The translations under genes were made by a program, and so were the position numbers. Below are positions 8,501-12,265 of a stretch of 12,265 nucleotides of DNA, piece by piece. How positions within the stretch are numbered: the stretch's first letter is position 1; each line of letters opens with the position of its first letter. The notes beneath the pieces are model-generated. The model did not search any database, had not been told where the DNA came from, and was given only the letters and a program-made list of their open reading frames with translations. Source of the stretch: Hormoscilla sp. Lineage in GTDB: Bacteria; Cyanobacteriota; Cyanobacteriia; Cyanobacteriales; Desertifilaceae. The stretch is taken from NCBI GenBank assembly GCA_051439505.1, contig JBFRWI010000007.1:1-12265 (forward strand). Reading direction: 5' to 3'.

Positions 8501-11012
8501 AAACTTGGGCTCGGTCTCGGGAAGATTTTGCCAACTTTAGTAAGGTAAAAATTGTCTGAGATAACAACTCAAAATCAGCACTCATTAATTCCGTTTCTGC
8601 TAGATTGAGATGGAATTCAAAAGCCAGATCGTAGTCAGTAATCCAAGCATTTTCGGCCAGCAAGCCAATCCCCACCTTGAAGTAATTTTTGGCCCCGGCG
8701 TAGGCAGTGGCAGCTTTCGCTTTTTGGCCAGCCATGAAATTGAGTTCGATTAGCTGCTTTATCTCAATTTCGTCGGGAAGCAAGGTTTGCCCGATATTGA
8801 TTTGATTGACAATATCGAAAAGTTTCTCGTTCCGTTCTGACTCGGATAAGTTCAATAGCAGTAATTTGCCGATTCGATAATGGGTTGCTTGTTTTTGCAC
8901 TTCCGGAATCAAGGAATAGGCAGCTTGTTGCACCCGATCGTGCAAAAACTTGTAGTCAACCGATAAATTCTCCGACTCTTTTGCCCCTGAGTCTGCGGAC
9001 TGAAAGAACTTGTAGGTTTGACTGATGGGTATAATCAACCCTTCTTGCAACCCTTTCCACAAGGATGCCGCCGTTTCCGCCATTGACTGTTCCGAGACGA
9101 TCGCACAGGTTGCCAGATCGAACTGGTTGCCAATACAAGCTGCCAATTTCAATACATTTTGAGTTGCCGATGGCAGCTTTTGCAGTTGCAGGGCCATAAA
9201 CTCCACCACATCATCAGTCAGGGATAGTTCCTTGACTTTGGCAATATCACACTGCCAGCAACCGCTATCAAAATCAAAGGTAATCAGTCCATCAAGATGC
9301 AGAGATTTCAGGAACTGATTGCTAAAGAAAGGATTGCCTTCAGTTTTATGATGCACCAGTTCCGTCAAGGGCAATGCTAGGGAAGGCGGACAAATCAAGC
9401 TATCGGCAATCAGGCGGTTGAGATCATTTATATCTAGGGGGGCGAGGGTAATAAGATTAACAGTCGCGCCAGTTTTGCCAATCTCATCTAAAGTCAGCAT
9501 TAACGGATGAGCCCGATTTACTTCATTATCCCGATAAGCACCAATTAACAGTATATAGGGACTATCGCTGGCGCTCATCAACAACTGCATCAACTTCAGC
9601 GAAGCGGAGTCCGCCCATTGCAAGTCATCCAGAAAAATTACCAGAGGATGTTCTTTTGTAGCAAACACCCGTATAAACTTGCCAAACAGCAGATTAAACC
9701 GATTCTGGGCAGCGCTACCACTGAGTTCGGGCACCGGTGGCTGCTTGCCAATCACCCGTTCCAGTTCCGGGATGACATCAATAATTACTTGACCGTTTTC
9801 TCCCAAAGCGGCCATTATTTTATCTTGCCACTGTTGCAATTGGGCCGCACTTTCAGTTAGCAGTTGCCCCATCAGGCTAGAAAAGGCTTGCACCAAGGCA
9901 TAGAAAGGAATATTCCGCTGGAACTGGTCGAATTTGCCTTTGATGAAATAACCCCGTTGGCGGACAATGGGTTTGTGGACTTCATTAACGACAGCAGTTT
10001 TGCCAATGCCGGAGAAACCCGCCACCAACATCATTTCACTCTTGCCCGATGCTACCCTGTTAAAGGCAGCTAGTAAGCTTGACACTTCGAAGGCGCGTCC
10101 GTAGAGTTTTTCGGGAATACTGAAGCGATCGGATATATCCCTAGTTGCCAATTCAAAGGGAGTAATGCTACCAATTTCCACCCATTCAGAGTAACAGACT
10201 TCCAGGTCATGTTGGAGTCCCCGGGCCGTTTGATAGCGGTCTTCTGCGGTTTTCGCCATCAACTTCATCACGATGTCTGATAGCATCTGGGGGATGTCTG
10301 GTTTTACTTCATGGGGAGGAGTGGGTGTTCTGGCAATGTGGCAGTGGACTAACTCCATCGGATCGTCCGAGGGAAAGGGAAGTTGCCCGGTCAATAGTTG
10401 GTAGAATGTAACTCCTAATGAGTAAAAATCACTACGGTAGTCTATACCTCTGTTCATCCGTCCCGTTTGTTCGGGAGACATATAGGCAAGAGTACCTTCT
10501 AATACCCCTGGGTTTTGCAGAACTTGGGTTTCCTTGGGTAGTAGGGAGGAGATACTGAAGTCGATCACTTGTACTTCTAGAGTTTCTGGGTGAATGAGGA
10601 TATTGGCGGGTTTGATGTCCTTGTGAATCACTCGATGGCGATACAGTCCATCTAGGATCCCGCCTAGGGCGATCGCCACCTGTAAAAACTCTCCCAAACT
10701 GAGATTTTGTTTAGTAATATAGTCTCCCAGAGAAATACTCCCAAAGTCGGGCATCACTAGGACGAAACCATTCCCGTAATTCTCTAGGGCTAGGGGTTTT
10801 ACGACTCCTGGCAAGTCGAGATTTAAGGCAATGACGTATGCCATGCGGAAATTAACCAGTTCGTTAAAGGTAGGATACTCTGACTTGAGTAGCTTGATTA
10901 CTACCGGTTGCTTGGATTCATTTTGCAGTCCCCGATACACAATGGTTCTCTGAGAGTCGTGCAGTAGTTGCAGGTTGCTGTAGCCACCTATTGTGGTTAT
11001 CGTGTTTGTCAT
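5574..11012 (-). CDS. Trifunctional Ser/Thr protein kinase / AAA ATPase / GAF / histidine kinase (HstK-type dual kinase)
   Basis: 1812 aa. Hanks kinase motifs: [39 protein letters not shown]. Walker A GFSGIGKT (9996-10019) and Walker [13 protein letters not shown]. Then [11 protein letters not shown], a long helical TPR-like region and a GAF (SILCLPL...LYLEN...[12 protein letters not shown]). The C-terminus has H-box AHEINNP and the HATPase N/G1/F/G2 boxes. Confidence 0.96.
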   Translation of the reverse strand: MTNTITTIGGYSNLQLLHDSQRTIVYRGLQNESKQPVVIKLLKSEYPTFNELVNFRMAYVIALNLDLPGVVKPLALENYGNGFVLVMPDFGSISLGDYITKQNLSLGEFLQVAIALGGILDGLYRHRVIHKDIKPANILIHPETLEVQVIDFSISSLLPKETQVLQNPGVLEGTLAYMSPEQTGRMNRGIDYRSDFYSLGVTFYQLLTGQLPFPSDDPMELVHCHIARTPTPPHEVKPDIPQMLSDIVMKLMAKTAEDRYQTARGLQHDLEVCYSEWVEIGSITPFELATRDISDRFSIPEKLYGRAFEVSSLLAAFNRVASGKSEMMLVAGFSGIGKTAVVNEVHKPIVRQRGYFIKGKFDQFQRNIPFYALVQAFSSLMGQLLTESAAQLQQWQDKIMAALGENGQVIIDVIPELERVIGKQPPVPELSGSAAQNRFNLLFGKFIRVFATKEHPLVIFLDDLQWADSASLKLMQLLMSASDSPYILLIGAYRDNEVNRAHPLMLTLDEIGKTGATVNLITLAPLDINDLNRLIADSLICPPSLALPLTELVHHKTEGNPFFSNQFLKSLHLDGLITFDFDSGCWQCDIAKVKELSLTDDVVEFMALQLQKLPSATQNVLKLAACIGNQFDLATCAIVSEQSMAETAASLWKGLQEGLIIPISQTYKFFQSADSGAKESENLSVDYKFLHDRVQQAAYSLIPEVQKQATHYRIGKLLLLNLSESERNEKLFDIVNQINIGQTLLPDEIEIKQLIELNFMAGQKAKAATAYAGAKNYFKVGIGLLAENAWITDYDLAFEFHLNLAETELMSADFELLSQTIFTLLKLAKSSRDRAQVYVIKVNQYALQGSYSEAIQAGLEGLQGLGITVSRDLLKELIQQGLTDLEEKLENRSIISLLDLPTASNPEVKVAIELLMNMLPAAYITSDIDLYSFTIVRNVRLSIEQGNMPESITGYVNYGFLLGLTKNQYQRGVEFADLALQLSYKLNSKSERSSACFLLGGWIYVWAKPIQKAAEINYEGFLAGMESGELQYAGYNLFANIYNRLFQGENLASIAIDLDKYWSIAEKIQNDLALSVLAACRFFINKLSGTVDERDTSPLSAEEQAWIERHQASQSYLPLGIYYILQMHEACLRDNLERGIHDETEASNFLMACAGSTTSTGYYYYSSLNLLGLYFSLSEVERRDALQQIENNQGQLKSWSESCPENFLHKYLLVEADRHRVLGENVAAMELYERAITGAKENGYVQEEALGNELAAKFYLDWGKQTIAQAYMVNAYYGYARWGAKAKVKDLEERYPQLLAPILNQETTRLSPGSTLAQMTMATVTSTSSGTSALLDFSSAIKTSQALSGEINLEQLLSKLMQAVMENAGATKGALLLPEAETLVIEAKADYTEEAASILVGERALEEKELPVSIINTVWRTREPLVLNDVMKSSRFASDSYLIRCHIKSILCLPLLNQGKLIAILYLENHLTTRAFTPERLSLLQLLAGQAAISLENARLYNNLEKAKEQLEAYSQTLEEQVAARTQELKDKNLHLAKTLSELQRTQAQMIQSEKMSSLGQMVAGIAHEINNPVSFIYGNVDHANDYVQDLLHLIETYQVSYPNPTDIVSEATEEIDLEYLVDDLSKLMGSMKSGAQRIGNIVLSLRNFSRLDESSMKPVEIHDGIESTLLIVQHRLESANIHVILAYSQLPQVTCYASELNQVFLHILNNAIDVLLVEMESPQIIITTSVTGSDTVKISIADNGPGMSDEVRSRIFDPFFTTKPVGSGTGLGLAVSYQIVVEKHGGSLTCISALGKGTEFIIEIPMGPKKT

Positions 11013-11073
11013 GGCAATTTATCAAAACTGTCTTTCTTATAGGTTGGGTGCGGCTCATTTGTAGTTGCTCCCG

Positions 11074-11173
11074 GGATCCCCCCCAAACCCCCCCTTGCGA
11101 AAGGGGGGGCTTCAAAGCCCCCCTTTTTAAGGGGGGTTTGGGGGGATCCGATGACTGGGAAGGCCCCATGAAC
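11074..11173. repeat. GC-rich multi-hairpin dispersed repeat, copy 2 (same orientation as copy 1)
   Basis: GGATC7AAAC7TT-gcga-AAG7C-ttcaaa-GC6TTTTTAAG6TTTG6ATCC (11074-11149) plus the tail GATGACTGGGAAGGCCCCATGAAC. The stems are identical to 3-80; differences are confined to two loops and the tail. Confidence 0.92.
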
Positions 11174-11193
11174 TACCCTATCGGTTGCCAGCT

Positions 11194-11199
11194 ATTATA
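11194..11199 (-). promoter_or_regulatory. Candidate -10 box for the giant kinase gene
   Basis: Perfect TATAAT on the minus strand about 180 bp upstream of the ATG at 11012, at the edge of an AT-rich intergenic stretch. No good -35 box at 17 bp. Confidence 0.4.
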
Positions 11200-11316
11200 C
11201 TACACCAATATCAAAATCTGATGAAATATCAAGCCCATCTATTTAAATTAACCTTCCGATAGATTTTTCGTAACTTTTTGTAAATCGCCAAGAAAAATTC
11301 CCCCGTGAATTGTTTA

Positions 11317-12265
11317 TCATGTTTTGGCGCCCATGGGAATCTCGATCGCAAAGGAGGTTCCCTGTCCTGGCCCAGAAATGCAGGTGAGACTGCCACCATG
11401 TTTTTCCACCACGATCTGATAACTGACCGCTAACCCCAAACCCGTGCCGCTACCCACGGGTTTCGTGGTGAAAAATGGATCGAATATGCGCGATCGCACC
11501 TCGTCACTCATCCCCGGTCCATTATCGGCAATGGAAATCTTCACAGTATCAGATCGGGTCACCTCAGTGGTAATGGTTATTTGGGGCGATGGGGAATTGT
11601 GCAAAGCATCGAGAGCATTATTGATAATATGCAGGAATACCTGATTCAACTCACTAGCATAGCAATTCACCAGGGGCAGTTGACCGTATTCTTTAATGAC
11701 CTCGCACCGGCGCGACTCGAAGCGATTCTGTAAAATTAGGAGGGTACTCTCAATCCCGGAATTAATATCCACGGGTTTCATGGATGATTCGTCCAGGTGG
11801 GAGAAGTTCCGCAGGGACAGGACAATATTGCGGATGCGTTCGGCACCAGACTTCATTGAACCGAGCAGTTTTGACAAGTCATCCACCAGATATTCCATGT
11901 CTATTTCTTCGACAGTGTCTAAGACTTCCTCTGTAGGATTGGGGTAGGACTGCTGATAGCTTTCAATCAGTTTGAGGAGGTCACCGAAATAGTCGGTGGC
12001 GTGGTTAACATTGCCGTAAATGAAACTAATGGGGTTATTGATTTCGTGAGCTACACCCGCTACCATCTGGCCCAAGCTAGACATTTTTTCGGTGTGAATC
12101 ATTTGTGCTTGGGTGCGTTGCAGTTCGCGGAGAGTTTTCCCAAGGCGCTGATTATTATCGTGCAATTGGACATTTTTTTCCTTTAACTCCTGGGTCCGCG
12201 CTGCCACTTTCTCCTCTAAAGTCTGGCTGTAGGCTTCTAATTGCTCCTTGGCCTTCTCCAAATTA
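11317..12265 (-). CDS. 3' portion (coiled coil - HisKA - HATPase_c) of a histidine kinase that starts beyond the window; probably a second HstK-type dual kinase
   Basis: The frame is open to the window edge, so the TTG at 12261 is an internal Leu. H-box AHEINNP, DNGPG and GTGLGL are present. 12179-12265 matches 6421-6507 at 85/87 nt, which is the post-GAF linker of the neighbouring giant kinase. Confidence 0.9.
   Translation of the reverse strand, partial: NLEKAKEQLEAYSQTLEEKVAARTQELKEKNVQLHDNNQRLGKTLRELQRTQAQMIHTEKMSSLGQMVAGVAHEINNPISFIYGNVNHATDYFGDLLKLIESYQQSYPNPTEEVLDTVEEIDMEYLVDDLSKLLGSMKSGAERIRNIVLSLRNFSHLDESSMKPVDINSGIESTLLILQNRFESRRCEVIKEYGQLPLVNCYASELNQVFLHIINNALDALHNSPSPQITITTEVTRSDTVKISIADNGPGMSDEVRSRIFDPFFTTKPVGSGTGLGLAVSYQIVVEKHGGSLTCISGPGQGTSFAIEIPMGAKT

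Larger units (their letters stand above)
931..11497. repeat. HIP1 octamer GCGATCGC, dispersed
   Basis: Perfect copies found by eye start at 931, 1075, 1326, 1364, 2512, 3583, 4133, 4829, 4981, 5104, 5750, 10669 and 11490, plus many 7/8 variants. This is a hallmark of many cyanobacterial genomes. Confidence 0.9.

Noticed and set aside
324..10073. Other short ORFs nested in long genes (324-521, 2754-2981, 3003-3188, 4717-4914, 6047-6286, 7243-7437, 8956-9138, 9618-9860, 9864-10073)
   Set aside because: All are 60-80 aa, lie within or overlap well-supported CDSs and have no recognisable motifs.
10550..10990. Pseudokinase call for the Ser/Thr domain (no GxGxxG loop; DFS instead of DFG)
   Set aside because: These deviations are usual in HstK-type kinases, and the catalytic Lys, HKDIKPxN and SPE motifs are intact.
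10918..11221. ORFs 10918-11169 (-) and 10991-11221 (+) with PPKPPLKRG / PPCERGG peptides
   Set aside because: They are translations of the palindromic repeat and overlap the start of the giant kinase; there is no independent coding evidence.
11270..11283. NtcA-like box GTA-N8-TAA upstream of the giant kinase
   Set aside because: It mismatches GTA-N8-TAC and lies about 70 bp from the candidate -10 box instead of the usual ~22 bp.
11291..11311. Intrinsic terminator after the upstream kinase (AATTC-ccccgt-GAATT)
   Set aside because: The 5-bp, mostly A-U stem is too weak to call.
5704..12186. Recurring antisense ORFs (5704-5907 and 11444-11644; 5998-6219 and 11696-11947; 6246-6428, 12001-12186 and 1819-2058)
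   Set aside because: Their mutual similarity just mirrors the duplicated kinase domains on the opposite strand; they are shadow ORFs.
12259..12261. TTG start for a stand-alone 314-aa kinase
   Set aside because: The frame stays open to the window edge and matches an internal Leu (NLEKAK) of the paralog, so the gene begins outside the window.
1147..12265. Diversity-generating retroelement (template/variable repeat) explanation for the near-identical kinase blocks
   Set aside because: There is no reverse transcriptase in the window, all copies lie in intact coding frames, and mismatches are mostly silent rather than adenine-specific.

Overview
Cyanobacterial chromosomal segment, inferred from 13 perfect HIP1 octamers (GCGATCGC) counted by eye, a heptamer tandem repeat and cyanobacterial-type GC-rich dispersed palindromes. 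It is dominated by signal transduction. The minus strand carries the 3' end of a histidine kinase that runs off the window (11317->12265), a complete 1812-aa Ser/Thr kinase + AAA ATPase + GAF + histidine kinase (HstK-type, 5574-11012), and a probable operon of a phosphodiester glycosidase (NAGPA/DUF2233) protein, a PAS-PAS-PAS-GAF histidine kinase and an SDR oxidoreductase. The plus strand carries one pentapeptide-repeat membrane protein. There is no response regulator, transposase, RNA gene or CRISPR array. The most notable signals are: (i) the three kinase transmitter modules are patchwork near-copies of each other at the DNA level, suggesting gene conversion or module shuffling; (ii) two same-orientation copies of a ~100-bp multi-hairpin element lie 11 kb apart, one in the apparent 5' leader of the giant kinase; (iii) several odd substitutions in the giant kinase revert to the paralog or family residue when a few bases are inverted; (iv) a palindromic double -10 box sits between the divergent genes. 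I see no clear evidence of a wholly new system; these are leads rather than discoveries.
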